Counted from the stretch's first letter, positions 44,742 to 54,364 are shown. The stretch is 64,000 bases of DNA from Dehalococcoidia bacterium (GCA_963664725.1 OY761558.1:364414-428413), one strand, 5' to 3'. Made by a program: numbers and translations. The notes: generated by a model not told the origin, from the sequence alone.

Positions 44742-45296
44742 TTGAAGCTCGTCGGCCTGATCTCGGACACCCATTCAGCAGGCAGCGGCAGGGACCTGCC
44801 TGATGCCGTCTTCCGCGCCCTTTCCGGCGTTGACCTGATTCTTCACTGTGGCGACCTGGAATGCCTGGGGGTCCTGGATTACCTGGAGACCCTGGCGCCG
44901 GTGATGGCGGTGCGCGGCTATGAAGACCCAACGGAAGACGGGAACCGACTGGCCCACGCCACCCGGGTAGTCGAAGTTGAGGGTATCAGCATCGGCATGG
45001 TGCATGACATCCAATGGCCGACACCCCGCATTCCGACCAGTCCCGACGGCGACAGCCTGGTCTTCCCTGAGGTCAGGGCAACGGACCTCACTGCGCGCAA
45101 GTTCGGCCAGGCCGTGGACGTGGTGGTGTTCGGCGACACCCACGAGGAACTGGTCTGCTGGTACGACGGCGTGCTGTTCATCAACCCCGGCAGCCCCACG
45201 TATCCCGGCCGGAAGCACAGGCCCGGCAGTCTGGGAACCGTTGCCAGGCTGAAAGTCGCAAATCGGGCGGTGGATGTAGAACTGGTCCAACTATAG
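44742..45296 (+). CDS. YfcE/MJ0936-like metallophosphoesterase
   Basis: LKLVGLISDTH, HCGDLE and GDTHEE. TTG 44742; the ORF is open to 44682. Confidence 0.75.
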   Translation: MKLVGLISDTHSAGSGRDLPDAVFRALSGVDLILHCGDLECLGVLDYLETLAPVMAVRGYEDPTEDGNRLAHATRVVEVEGISIGMVHDIQWPTPRIPTSPDGDSLVFPEVRATDLTARKFGQAVDVVVFGDTHEELVCWYDGVLFINPGSPTYPGRKHRPGSLGTVARLKVANRAVDVELVQL

Positions 45297-45344
45297 AGTC
45301 TACCCGGCCGGCCCGCCCTTTGGGTGGCCGACTGCATAGAAGGG

Positions 45345-45381
45345 ATAAGGACGTGGCAAACAGGCCACGTCCTTATGTTTT
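45345..45381 (+). terminator. Intrinsic terminator (13-bp perfect stem)
   Basis: ATAAGGACGTGGC (45345-45357), loop AAACAG, GCCACGTCCTTAT (45364-45376), then GTTTT. Confidence 0.7.
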
Positions 45382-45415
45382 CCGGCATTAACCCTGCTAG
45401 GGGAGGGCGGGTCTT

Positions 45416-47497
45416 TTACAGGGTTATAAGGCCATTGCCAAACACCGGCGCGAATACCAGGGATACGATGGCCATCAGCTTGAGCAGAATATTGAGGGAG
45501 GGGCCCGAGGTGTCCTTGAAGGGGTCTCCCACCACGTCGCCTTCTACGGCGGCCTTGTGAGCGTCGGAACCCTTTCCACCGAAATTGCCCAGTTCCACGT
45601 ACTTCTTGGCATTGTCCCAGGTGCCGCCGGCGCTAGCCATCATGATAGCCAGCATGAACCCGGCTGCAATGGCCCCAATCAGGAGACCACCCAGGGCTGC
45701 CTGACCCAGAATGAACCCAGTGGCCAGGGGGGCGACAACCGCCATCACACCGGGCAGAATCATCTCGCGCAAGGCTCCCTGCGTACTGATATCAACGCAG
45801 CGGGCCGAGTCAGGGCTGGCAGTGCCTTCCATCAGGCCGGGTATCTCGCGGAACTGGCGGCGGACCTCATCGACAATGCCCTGGGCAGCACGGCCCACGG
45901 CCTGCATGGTCATGGCAGAAAAGATGAAGGGCAACATGGCGCCAATCACAACACCGACCAGAATTCGGGGGTCCAGCAGGTTTATGCCCGCGCCGCTGCC
46001 GCTCAGCCGACCATCGTCGCCCAGCGTGATCAACCCGGCGCTGACGGCGTAGGCAGCCAGCAGGGCCAGGGAGGTAAGCGCGGCTGATCCAATGGCAAAG
46101 CCTTTTCCGGTGGCGGCGGTGGTGTTGCCCAATGCGTCCAGAGCGTCCGTCCGTTCACGGACCTGCGGGTCCAACTGGGCCTGTTCCGCAATGCCGCCCG
46201 CGTTGTCTGCTACGGGACCGTATGCATCGGTAGCCAGGGTGATTCCCAGGGTGGAGAGCAAACCCACGCCGGCCAACGCGACTCCATAGAAACCGGCGAA
46301 CCAGTAGGAGAGCAGAATGGCAATCGAAATGCAGATAACCGGGACCAGGGTACTCAACATGCCGGTGGCTATGCCGCCGATGATTACCGTGGCTGCTCCC
46401 GTCTGGGAGGCCTCGGAAACGCGCTTGGTGGGCATGTAGCTGTATGACGTGTAGTACTCGGTTGCCAGACCAATGATTGTTCCGGCCACCAGACCCGCTA
46501 CCACGCAACCGAACCAGGGCCATTCCTGGGTTATGGTAACCGTAAGAACGGCGGCAAATACGATCAGCAGTCCGCCAGCCGCAAATATGCCGTACCGCAG
46601 GGCCCAGAGCAGCTTTTCAAAGTCAGCCTGCTCACCGCTTCGCACCACGAAGGTACCAAGTATGGCGGCAATTATGCCCGCTCCGGCAAGCAGCATGGGG
46701 AACAGGGCCTGAACCTGGTCGGCATCCTGCATGGCGAAGAGAGTTCCGGCGCCCACCAGGGCTACAGCGGAAATGATGCTGCCGACATAGGACTCAAAGA
46801 GGTCGGCGCCCATACCGGCCACATCACCCACGTTATCGCCCACATTGTCGGCAATGACGCCAGGGTTGCGGGGGTCGTCTTCCGGAATGCCCGCTTCAAC
46901 TTTACCAACCAGGTCGGAACCCACGTCCGCGGCCTTCGTAAAAATGCCGCCGCCAACGCGGGCGAAGAGGGCAATGGAGCTGGCGCCAAAACCAAATCCC
47001 GCCACCGCGCTGATGTCCTGGAAAACCAGGTAGAGGATGGTGACACCCAGCAGGCCTATGCCAACTACTGTCACTCCCATGACCGAGCCGCTGGAGAAGG
47101 CCACCCGCAGCGCCGGATTCAGGCCCCGCATGGCCGCGGCGGCAGTGCGTACGTTGGCGCGTACCGCAACATTCATGCCAATGAAACCGGCCAGGCCGGA
47201 GCAGATCGTGCCGACCAAGTAGGATATGGCCGTCGCTGGTACCCCAAGTTCATGGGTGAACAGCGTGTAGTCCAGTACGGCCAGAACGACCGTCACAACT
47301 ACCACTAAAGGCAAAAGCGCCAGGTATTCCCGGCGCAAAAAAGCCGACGCCCCCGTTCGGATGGCGTCGCCAATTTCGGTCATTCGTTCGTTGCCAGCCT
47401 CCGCCTTGACCACTCGCATGGCCATTAAGGCAGCAAACACCAGGGCAATAACCCCGGCGACCAGCGGCAGGACGACTAGCGAGACGCTTGAATCCAT
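45416..47497 (-). CDS. hppA: Membrane-integral pyrophosphatase (H+/Na+-PPase), K+-dependent subtype
   Basis: [19 protein letters not shown] and [31 protein letters not shown] has Ala at the K+-dependence position. Start at ATG 47497 (GAGGTGG upstream); the ORF is open to 47572. Confidence 0.9.
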   Translation of the reverse strand: MDSSVSLVVLPLVAGVIALVFAALMAMRVVKAEAGNERMTEIGDAIRTGASAFLRREYLALLPLVVVVTVVLAVLDYTLFTHELGVPATAISYLVGTICSGLAGFIGMNVAVRANVRTAAAAMRGLNPALRVAFSSGSVMGVTVVGIGLLGVTILYLVFQDISAVAGFGFGASSIALFARVGGGIFTKAADVGSDLVGKVEAGIPEDDPRNPGVIADNVGDNVGDVAGMGADLFESYVGSIISAVALVGAGTLFAMQDADQVQALFPMLLAGAGIIAAILGTFVVRSGEQADFEKLLWALRYGIFAAGGLLIVFAAVLTVTITQEWPWFGCVVAGLVAGTIIGLATEYYTSYSYMPTKRVSEASQTGAATVIIGGIATGMLSTLVPVICISIAILLSYWFAGFYGVALAGVGLLSTLGITLATDAYGPVADNAGGIAEQAQLDPQVRERTDALDALGNTTAATGKGFAIGSAALTSLALLAAYAVSAGLITLGDDGRLSGSGAGINLLDPRILVGVVIGAMLPFIFSAMTMQAVGRAAQGIVDEVRRQFREIPGLMEGTASPDSARCVDISTQGALREMILPGVMAVVAPLATGFILGQAALGGLLIGAIAAGFMLAIMMASAGGTWDNAKKYVELGNFGGKGSDAHKAAVEGDVVGDPFKDTSGPSLNILLKLMAIVSLVFAPVFGNGLITL

Positions 47498-47809
47498 TTG
47501 ACCCACCTCGAAATTACGGAAATGAGCTATCCCAAGCGTTGGAAACGTATCATATACCCCTAAGGGTGTCAACTTACGAAATGTTCAGGCAGGTTCCCAT
47601 TCATGACGCTTTCTGGCTGCTGGCCCGGGCATCCACAACGGCTGTCCCTAGGAATTTGGCAGGTTCCAGCTATCTGCTTACAGCGCTTCAGCTAGTTAAG
47701 GCGGACGCGACGGGCAAGCGGCAGCGGTTGTTACAAGATTGCGGACCGGTGGCCCTATTTTCCGGACGGCGGAACGCAGAGATGTAGGAAGATGGGCATT
47801 TTTTATTTC

Positions 47810-47990
47810 TTGGCCCATTTTGTCTCATTTTGGCCCATTTTGGGTTTGTCCTCACCCTGGCCCCCTTTTCCGGAGGGCGACCGGTGAAGTATGTATCCGG
47901 CGATATTGACCTTCTGTGGCAGGGCGGCCACAAGGGCCGCCCCTACGTTGACCTTTGGAGGCCAGGGCAGACACCCAGGTCTGCCCCTAC
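47810..47990. repeat. Composite repeat module 1: three phased 10-bp A-tract repeats plus two GTAG-headed hairpins
   Basis: GGCCCATTTT/GTCTCATTTT/GGCCCATTTT at 47812-47841, hairpin GGGCGGCC..GGCCGCCC-CTAC at 47922-47946, and hairpin GGGCAGAC..GTCTGCCC-CTAC at 47965-47990. It is similar to module 2. Confidence 0.75.
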
Positions 47991-48005
47991 GATGGGTGAA
48001 ACCTC

Positions 48006-48401
48006 TTATGCCATGGCGAACCAGCGGGCCCAGAGCAGGGACAGGTCGGGTTTTGGCTTCGGGGCGGGCAGTTCCCGCATTAGCAGGCGGTCGTATTTGG
48101 TCTCCCACGCCCAGGGGAGCAGGGCCAGCAGCATGCGCCGGGGTTCGGGAATGTCTTCCTTCTCCCGTACCTTGTCCAGGTAGTTGTGCAGGTGCATCCA
48201 GGTGGTGAGGCGGAAGCCCTGGTCGGCGATCTTGCGGATTACCTCTAAAGGTTTGGGCGGGTCCTGCCGGTCGCCAACGGCGCGGGCGTAGTCGTTGTAG
48301 ACCTGTTCGGTGACGCGGCGCATGCGGTAGATGGTGAGTTGCCGGTGGTACTTGCGCTGGAGGGCACGGATTTCTCTTCTGATTTCGCTGAGGGTTCTCA
48401 T
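48006..48401 (-). CDS. Hypothetical 131-aa basic protein flanked by the two repeat modules
   Basis: ATG 48401 is preceded by AAGGAG (plus-strand 48412-48417). Sequence begins MRTLSEIRREIRALQRKYHRQL.... No recognised family. The longer ORF-track versions run through repeat DNA. Confidence 0.5.
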   Translation of the reverse strand: MRTLSEIRREIRALQRKYHRQLTIYRMRRVTEQVYNDYARAVGDRQDPPKPLEVIRKIADQGFRLTTWMHLHNYLDKVREKEDIPEPRRMLLALLPWAWETKYDRLLMRELPAPKPKPDLSLLWARWFAMA

Positions 48402-48472
48402 GGATGGTTTTCTCCTTCTGTTGTTTATCCAGGAAGGGACACGAAGGGGCACGAAGGTGGGATTTTTTGAAA

Positions 48473-48745
48473 TGTGTCCCGTTTTGTGCCATTTTGTGCC
48501 ATTTTTGCCTTTGCCCCGGGGCCTATCCCTGAGGGCGAGGGGGAGTTGGGTATCCGGTTGTGTTGACCTCCTGGGGCAAGGCGGCCACAAGGGCCGCCCC
48601 TACGAATGATCGCCGGGGCCCGGGCAGGCACAAGGGCCACCTCTACGACAGGCCGGGGGCCGATGTTCTTGCCCCCGGGTCCTGGTACCAGAGGGTGAGG
48701 GGGCATTGTCCTTTGGCCAGGGCAGACACGCAGGTCTGCCCCTAC
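48473..48745. repeat. Composite repeat module 2 (paralogue of 47810-47990 with a ~110-bp insertion)
   Basis: GTCCCGTTTT/GTGCCATTTT/GTGCCATTTT at 48476-48505, hairpin-CTAC at 48580-48603, a degenerate copy at 48622-48646, an extra hairpin CCGGGGGC/GCCCCCGG at 48652-48678, and hairpin-CTAC at 48720-48745. Confidence 0.75.
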
Positions 48746-48928
48746 AGTTGGCCTATTTGGGAGAGGACGGTCCGGGCCGCTGTTGTCTTCGTTTGAGCTT
48801 GTACATTTGATGGTGGACGTGCGTCATCCGGTGGGTCAATGGGGGCGGTTCATGGGCAGCGGCGACGTCCAGGAGATTGATGACCTTGTGGTACAGTAAC
48901 CCAAATTTGAGAAACTACAGGATGGAAC

Positions 48929-49702
48929 ATGAACGTGCAGGATTTGTTTGACCTTTCGGGCAGAGTGGCCATTGTAACCGGCGGCAACGGCGGCCTGGGC
49001 CTGGGCATGGCACGCGGGCTGGCATCGGCTGGCGCCGACATAGTGGTGGCGGCCCGTGACCAGGAAAAGACGGACGAGGCAGTAGCCGAACTTAAGGAAA
49101 TCGGCGTGGAAGGTCTGGGGCTGAAGGTGGATGTAACCCGGGAAGAGGAGATCAAGCAGATGGTGGCCGACACTGTCTCCGCCTTTGGTCGGGTAGACAT
49201 CCTGGTGAACAACGCCGGAACAGTGGTGCGGAAGACGCCAGACCAGACTTCCACGGAGGAGTGGGACCTGGTGCTGGACGTCAATTTGCGGGCATCGTTC
49301 CTGGCAGCTAGGGAAGTCTACCCCCACATGCAGGAACAAGGGGGTGGAAAGATCATCGGCATCGGTTCCATGTACTCCATATTCGGGGGCGGAGGCAGCG
49401 GAGCCCCTTACTCCTCAAGTAAAGGCGGCGTGGTACAGCTTGCCAAGAGCCTGGCGGTGGCCTGGGCCAAGGACAACATCCAGTCCAACGCCATCCTGCC
49501 CGGCTGGTTCATGACCACACTGACTTCGGACATACCGGTAAACCAGCCTGAACGCTACCAGATGATCAGCGGCAGAATACCGACCGGTCGATGGGGCGAG
49601 GTGGACGAATTACAAGGTACGGTGGTGTTCCTGTCCGGCAGGGCGTCGGACTACGTTACAGGGGCGGTGATAACGGTGGATGGTGGGTATTCGGTGATGT
49701 AG
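48929..49702 (+). CDS. SDR-family oxidoreductase (gluconate 5-dehydrogenase/FabG-like)
   Basis: VTGGNGGLGLGMA, NNAG and YSSSKGG. Confidence 0.85.
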   Translation: MNVQDLFDLSGRVAIVTGGNGGLGLGMARGLASAGADIVVAARDQEKTDEAVAELKEIGVEGLGLKVDVTREEEIKQMVADTVSAFGRVDILVNNAGTVVRKTPDQTSTEEWDLVLDVNLRASFLAAREVYPHMQEQGGGKIIGIGSMYSIFGGGGSGAPYSSSKGGVVQLAKSLAVAWAKDNIQSNAILPGWFMTTLTSDIPVNQPERYQMISGRIPTGRWGEVDELQGTVVFLSGRASDYVTGAVITVDGGYSVM

Positions 49703-49755
49703 GGGAGTGACGCATGGGAGATCCAGGTTCTCATGAAACGGTCAGGCGGGTGGCC

Positions 49756-49818
49756 GGGGCGCATGGCCATGCGCCCCTACGTGGAACAGACAGGGGCGGG
49801 TTTGAAACCCGCCCCTAC
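49756..49818 (-). repeat. Doublet of GTAG-headed GC-rich hairpins (REP-like)
   Basis: GGGGCGCATGGCCATGCGCCCC-TAC (49756-49780) and GGGGCGGGTTTGAAACCCGCCCC-TAC (49793-49818), between convergent genes. Confidence 0.7.
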
Positions 49819-49846
49819 GTTTATGTGCCAGTTTGTTGCCGAGGAG

Positions 49847-50722
49847 TTATCCCAACTGGGCCAGGGCCTCTCGGGAGAGCATCATCTTAACCGGGCTGAT
49901 GGGCCGGAAGGTTCGGGAGACGCGGACATCGCCGGCCAGGCTGCAGAGGGTATAGGCGTCGTAGGGAGCCAGCCCTTTCTCGCTAACCAGGAATTCCACC
50001 ATGTCCCGCACTGCCTGTTTCATGGCCGGGGCCAGGTCGTCACCGTAGGAAAGCACCACGAAGTGGTCCGGAGTCAGGGCCCGGGGGCTGGCGATGTTCA
50101 TCCCCTTTTCCACGGTAACGCGAATGTGGGTGTCCGACGAGCATTCGGCGCCGGTGCCGGCCACGGCGCCGTCACCCACCGGGGCATGGCAGTCGCCCAT
50201 TGCCAGAAGGCCGCCGTCCACAAAGACAGGCATGTAAATGGTACTGCCCTCCACCAGTTCCTTCATGTCAATGTCACCCCCGTAGGGGCCGCTGTCGCTG
50301 GCGGTGTTCTGGACGTAGGTGGGCGTGGTGGCCACCAAGCCCATGGACGGATTCATAGACAGCCGTATACCGCTGGGCAGGACCAGCTGGCCTCTGTCTA
50401 TGGTCATCACCGTGGGGTATCCTTCGGTGAACTCCTCCTCCAGGAAGCCGCGCCCCGGCATAACCATGTGGGCAGGGCCTTCCTTGGGGGTGATCTTCAG
50501 GAACTCCACCTTAAGGGCGTCGCCGGGTTCGGCACCGTTGACGTAGATGGGACCGGTGGCCGGCCCCTTCAGGGCCTTGGCATCCAGCTGTACAGGGTCC
50601 CGCAAGCCCTCGAAGGCATCCCAGGTCTCCACCATCAGTTCCTCACCTGAGTCGATGGTGATAGCCGGTTCGGCCTCCGGGTCGAGGAAGTAGATTCGCT
50701 TTTCCCTGCTCAGATTCTTCAC
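49847..50722 (-). CDS. Acetamidase/formamidase (FmdA/AmdA) family protein
   Basis: ...IYFLDPEAEPAITIDSGEELMVETWDAFEG... and the conserved ...GDCHAPVGDG.... The GTG start overlaps the upstream stop (GTGA). Confidence 0.75.
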   Translation of the reverse strand: MKNLSREKRIYFLDPEAEPAITIDSGEELMVETWDAFEGLRDPVQLDAKALKGPATGPIYVNGAEPGDALKVEFLKITPKEGPAHMVMPGRGFLEEEFTEGYPTVMTIDRGQLVLPSGIRLSMNPSMGLVATTPTYVQNTASDSGPYGGDIDMKELVEGSTIYMPVFVDGGLLAMGDCHAPVGDGAVAGTGAECSSDTHIRVTVEKGMNIASPRALTPDHFVVLSYGDDLAPAMKQAVRDMVEFLVSEKGLAPYDAYTLCSLAGDVRVSRTFRPISPVKMMLSREALAQLG

Positions 50723-51504
50723 GATTCCTCCCGCACGGCTGCGGTAGCCGCTTCAATCATGTCGGATTCGATGCGCCCCCGAATTGGCACCATCGCCTGC
50801 CGGACTGTCACGCCAAGCAGGGGGTCCAGATCCACCAGGTTGACAGAAATGTGGTTGTCGTCCGGCGCCGAGCCCAGGGGAGAACCCGAATACCAGGCCG
50901 CCGTTTCCCCCTGGGATACGTCGACGTGCCGCTCCCAGTGCCCCAGGGCCAGGTAGTGGCAGGGCGCTTCCGCCACTTCCGCAGGCCAGATAGGGGAAGA
51001 GCGGTTTTCGGTGTCGTTGGGGAAGTGGAAATGGGCGTGGGCCAGGGCGACCAGCCAGTGTTCGGCTTTGGCGGATGGCATGCCCTCCAGGGGCCGGAAG
51101 TCGGGCGTATGTTCGAGCATGGCCCTTCCCCACAGGTCGAGGCCCAGTTCCGGCAGGGTTATGGTTTCGCCGGCGTGGCCGGTGAAAAGGTGAAAGTTGG
51201 CTGGAGAGTGCCGGAAGGGTTCTCGCCGGTAGAGGGAGTCACGGTGATAGAGGTCGTGGTTGCCGGGCAGGGTGATAACCGGCCGGTCCAGGCGGGCCAC
51301 CTGTGCCAGGTAGAATTCCAACACCCGGTCGGGGACGCGGGCGTGGTCGAAAACATCGCCCACGACCAACAGGGCATCGGCATCGAAGTGTTCCGCGGTG
51401 TCAACGACTCGAGCAAAGGCCGTCTCCGTGCGGTTGCCACGCCAGTCGTCGCCCAGGTGGGTGTCGGAAGTATGGATTAGACGGATTTTCCTTTTGGCGG
51501 CCAA
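50719..51504 (-). CDS. Calcineurin-like metallophosphoesterase
   Basis: IRLIHTSDTHLGDDW, VVGDVFDH and LPGNHD. Confidence 0.75.
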   Translation of the reverse strand: MAAKRKIRLIHTSDTHLGDDWRGNRTETAFARVVDTAEHFDADALLVVGDVFDHARVPDRVLEFYLAQVARLDRPVITLPGNHDLYHRDSLYRREPFRHSPANFHLFTGHAGETITLPELGLDLWGRAMLEHTPDFRPLEGMPSAKAEHWLVALAHAHFHFPNDTENRSSPIWPAEVAEAPCHYLALGHWERHVDVSQGETAAWYSGSPLGSAPDDNHISVNLVDLDPLLGVTVRQAMVPIRGRIESDMIEAATAAVREES

Positions 51505-51544
51505 TTTACCTTCCTGAATTGAGAGTAGGGTGCAGGGGCCGAGA

Positions 51545-52741
51545 TCACGGACCCTTGCCGATTACGCCCTTTTCCCTGAGCTTGTTGATGGCTCCTGAGT
51601 CGTAGCCCAGGTCGGCGAGTATTTCGTCGTTGTGCTGGCCAAGCAGCGGCGGCGGACGCTTGATGACGGCCGGGGTTTCCGCCAGCTTGAGGGGAGAATT
51701 GGGTATCCTGAGATCGGGGACGTTGGGGTGTTCAAGCTGGGCAATCATGTTGCGGGCGTTGACCTGGGGGTTGTTGACCACGTCGTCCACCTGGTTGATG
51801 GGCCCGCAGGGGACGCCGCACTGTTCGATTTTGTCCACCCACTCGGCCACGGTCTTTTCCCGGAAGATAGCGCCCAGGGCCTCAACGCACGCGGCCCGGT
51901 TTGCAACCCGGTCGTCGTTGGTCTTGAAACGGGGGTCAGTGAGCAATTCAGCGTGGCCGATGCCCTCGCAGAAACGTTCCCACAGGCCCTGGTTGGCCAC
52001 GCCGAGGATGAAGTAGCCGTCGGAGGCCTGGAAGCTCTGGTAGGGGACCAGGCTGGGGTGGCCGGACCCCATGCGCTGGGGAACGACGCCGGTGGCCATG
52101 TAGGCGGTGGCGTGGTAGCTGAGCGCGGCAACCTGGCCGTCCAGCAGCGCAGCTTCGAGGCGCTGGCCCTGGCCTGTTTCCCGCCGGTGGTAGAGGGCGG
52201 TTACGACCGAGCCGAAGCACATCATGCCGGTGAACAGATCAACCAGGGAGAACCCCACTCGCAGGGGAAGGCCGTCGGGTTCGCCGGTCAGGTCCATGAG
52301 GCCGCTGTAGGCCTGGATTATCAGGTCATAGCCTGGCTTCTCGGCCATTGGGCCGGTGCGGCCGTAGCCGGAAATGGAACCGTAGATGATACCAGGGTTA
52401 ATTGCGGAAATCTCTTCGTAGCCCAGGCCCATGCGGTCCAGAGCGCCAGCGCGGAAGCTTTCGATCATCACATCGGCGTCCTTGGCCAAGGCGCGGACTA
52501 TGTCGAGGCCTTCCTTTTCCCGGAGGTTGAGGCTGAGGCTGCGCTTGTTGCGGTTGAAGGAGACGAATTGGGTACTTTCGCCGTTCCAGAAGGGGGTCCA
52601 GGAGCGGGTTTCATCACCCCGCTCAGGTTCTTCAATCTTGATGACGTCGGCGCCCATGTCCCCCAGCATCATAGTGCAGAAGGGACCCGCCAGCGTACGA
52701 GTCAGGTCCAGGACCTTTATGTTTTCTAGAGCCGCAGCCAT
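51545..52741 (-). CDS. CoA-transferase family III (CaiB/BaiF/Frc-like)
   Basis: IKVLDLTRTLAGPFCTMMLGDMGADVIKIE. Start at ATG 52741; the ORF is open to GTG 52774. Confidence 0.85.
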   Translation of the reverse strand: MAAALENIKVLDLTRTLAGPFCTMMLGDMGADVIKIEEPERGDETRSWTPFWNGESTQFVSFNRNKRSLSLNLREKEGLDIVRALAKDADVMIESFRAGALDRMGLGYEEISAINPGIIYGSISGYGRTGPMAEKPGYDLIIQAYSGLMDLTGEPDGLPLRVGFSLVDLFTGMMCFGSVVTALYHRRETGQGQRLEAALLDGQVAALSYHATAYMATGVVPQRMGSGHPSLVPYQSFQASDGYFILGVANQGLWERFCEGIGHAELLTDPRFKTNDDRVANRAACVEALGAIFREKTVAEWVDKIEQCGVPCGPINQVDDVVNNPQVNARNMIAQLEHPNVPDLRIPNSPLKLAETPAVIKRPPPLLGQHNDEILADLGYDSGAINKLREKGVIGKGP

Positions 52742-52848
52742 TTTCAGCCACTCCCTGTCAAACAGAATGCGCACGATGGGGATGCCGATTTAGCTTCCCC
52801 CTCGCGCCGGAATTATAGCACGGCGCTGGGGGCCCAGAGCCTGAGTCG

Positions 52849-52878
52849 TTGACCACCCACCGAATGGGGTGGTAGGTT
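52849..52878 (+). promoter_or_regulatory. Promoter-like element with palindromic spacer upstream of the ribokinase gene
   Basis: TTGACC (52849-52854), a spacer containing CCACCC..GGGTGG, then TAGGTT (52873-52878). It lies only ~16 nt before ATG 52894. Confidence 0.3.
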
Positions 52879-52893
52879 TAGTCCACTCTTCAA

Positions 52894-53850
52894 ATGCGGG
52901 ATTTTATGACCGGTGCGCAGCAACCGCCCCGGATTGTTGTTCTGGGTGGTATAAACATTGACCTGGTGGCCATGACGCCGCGTTTCCCGGCGGCGGGAGA
53001 AACGGTAGTCGGCCGGGAGTTTCTAACCTACGGCGGCGGCAAAGGGGCCAACCAGGCCGTTGCCGCCGGTCGGATGGGTGCGCAGGTTTCCATGGTCGGA
53101 CGGGTGGGTGACGACATTTTCGCCCCCCAGGCGCTCAGGGCCCTGGTGGAATCGGGGGTGGACATTTCGACGGTTGGGGTAACACCTTCAACCAGCACCG
53201 GCATTGCCGTTATCACCATCGACGACTCGGCACAGAACCAGATAATCCAGGTGCTGGGCGCCAACAACACCTGTGGCGAAGAGGAGGAAGCAAGGGTAAT
53301 GGGCCTGCTGGCCGGAGCGTCGGCGTTGCTGCTGCAACTGGAGGTGTCGGTTGACCTGTCACTGCGGTGCGCGCAGGCGGCCAGAGAGCAGGGCGTCCTC
53401 GTGATTCTGGACCCCAGCCCGGTGCGTCCGGTTCCCGAGGCTTTCTACGACTGCTGCGACATTATCACCCCCAATGAAACGGACGCCCAGGCCCTGGTTG
53501 GGGCGGCGGTTACCGACCGGGCATCGGCGGAACAGGCTGCCGCGACGCTGCTGGAACGTGGTGTGGGCGCCGCCATCGTCACACTGGGGCCCCGGGGAAC
53601 TTGCTACGCCACCGCTGCCGGCAGCGAGTTCGTGCCCGCTTTTCAAGTGGATGCAGTGGACTCGGTGGGCGCCGGCGACGCCTTTAACGGTGCGCTGGCG
53701 GCAGCATTGGGCGAGGGTTGTGACCTGAACCAGGCAGTCAGGATGGCCTCCGCTGCCGGGGCGTTGTCAGTCACCAGGAGCGGCGCCCAGGACTCCATGC
53801 CTTCCCGCGAGGAAGTTGACGCGCTGGTCAGGTCTGGCACCGGCGACTGA
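52894..53850 (+). CDS. rbsK: Ribokinase (PfkB family)
   Basis: [21 protein letters not shown] and [14 protein letters not shown]. Confidence 0.85.
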   Translation: MRDFMTGAQQPPRIVVLGGINIDLVAMTPRFPAAGETVVGREFLTYGGGKGANQAVAAGRMGAQVSMVGRVGDDIFAPQALRALVESGVDISTVGVTPSTSTGIAVITIDDSAQNQIIQVLGANNTCGEEEEARVMGLLAGASALLLQLEVSVDLSLRCAQAAREQGVLVILDPSPVRPVPEAFYDCCDIITPNETDAQALVGAAVTDRASAEQAAATLLERGVGAAIVTLGPRGTCYATAAGSEFVPAFQVDAVDSVGAGDAFNGALAAALGEGCDLNQAVRMASAAGALSVTRSGAQDSMPSREEVDALVRSGTGD

Positions 53851-53863
53851 AGGGCGGAACAAG

Positions 53864-54364
53864 ATGCAACAAGGGGACAAGTTCTGCTCCAGTTGCGCTG
53901 CGGCGCTGGAAGTACGGGAGAACAACGGGGCCTTGCGCCCGGTCTGCCCCTCCTGCGGCAGGGTAGTCTATTACGACCCCAAAGTGGCCGCGGTCACCAT
54001 CATCAGCAGGGAAGGTAAAGTGCTGCTGGTGCGGCGGGCCAATCAGCCAGGGTATGGCCTCTGGAGCGTGCCCGGAGGATATGTCGACCGGGGCGAGGTA
54101 GTGGAAGAGGCCGCGGTGCGGGAGGTGCGGGAAGAGACGGGCCTTGAGGTGGGAGTCGACCGCCTCCTTGGCTTGTATTCTGAAGCGGGCAGGCCGGTGA
54201 TTGTGGCTGCATTTTCGGGAAATGAGCTTGGCGGCGAACTGAATCCCGGATCTGAAGCCCTGGACGTGGGATTCTTTGCCCCGGACGACCTGCCCACGAT
54301 GGCCTTTCCCGGGGATTCGCGCATTCTGCAAGGCTGGTTAGATGGCCTGAAACGCGACGACTAG
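53864..54364 (+). CDS. NUDIX hydrolase with N-terminal zinc ribbon
   Basis: CSSCAAAL...CPSCG, and Nudix box [24 protein letters not shown]. Start at ATG 53864. Confidence 0.85.
   Translation: MQQGDKFCSSCAAALEVRENNGALRPVCPSCGRVVYYDPKVAAVTIISREGKVLLVRRANQPGYGLWSVPGGYVDRGEVVEEAAVREVREETGLEVGVDRLLGLYSEAGRPVIVAAFSGNELGGELNPGSEALDVGFFAPDDLPTMAFPGDSRILQGWLDGLKRDD

Noticed and set aside
48486-48505. TGGCAC repeats (minus strand AAAATGGCACAAAATGGCAC) as a sigma-54 -24/-12 promoter.
   Set aside because: There is no TTGC -12 element. The GG-to-GC spacing is off by one from the GG-N10-GC rule. The repeat is better described as phased decamers.
47688-48590. ORF-track proteins of 81, 229 and 194 aa running through the repeat modules (MWPPC.RRS..PDT..., Pro/Arg-rich).
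   Set aside because: They are translations of the REP-like hairpins and A-tract decamers. Only the distal 131 codons (48006-48401), which have their own AAGGAG Shine-Dalgarno sequence, look gene-like.
49847-52741. Formamidase, metallophosphoesterase and CoA-transferase cluster (with a GTGA start/stop overlap at 50719-50722) as a novel pathway.
   Set aside because: The functions are heterogeneous and I could not build a coherent chemical logic from sequence alone. I have left these as ordinary annotations.
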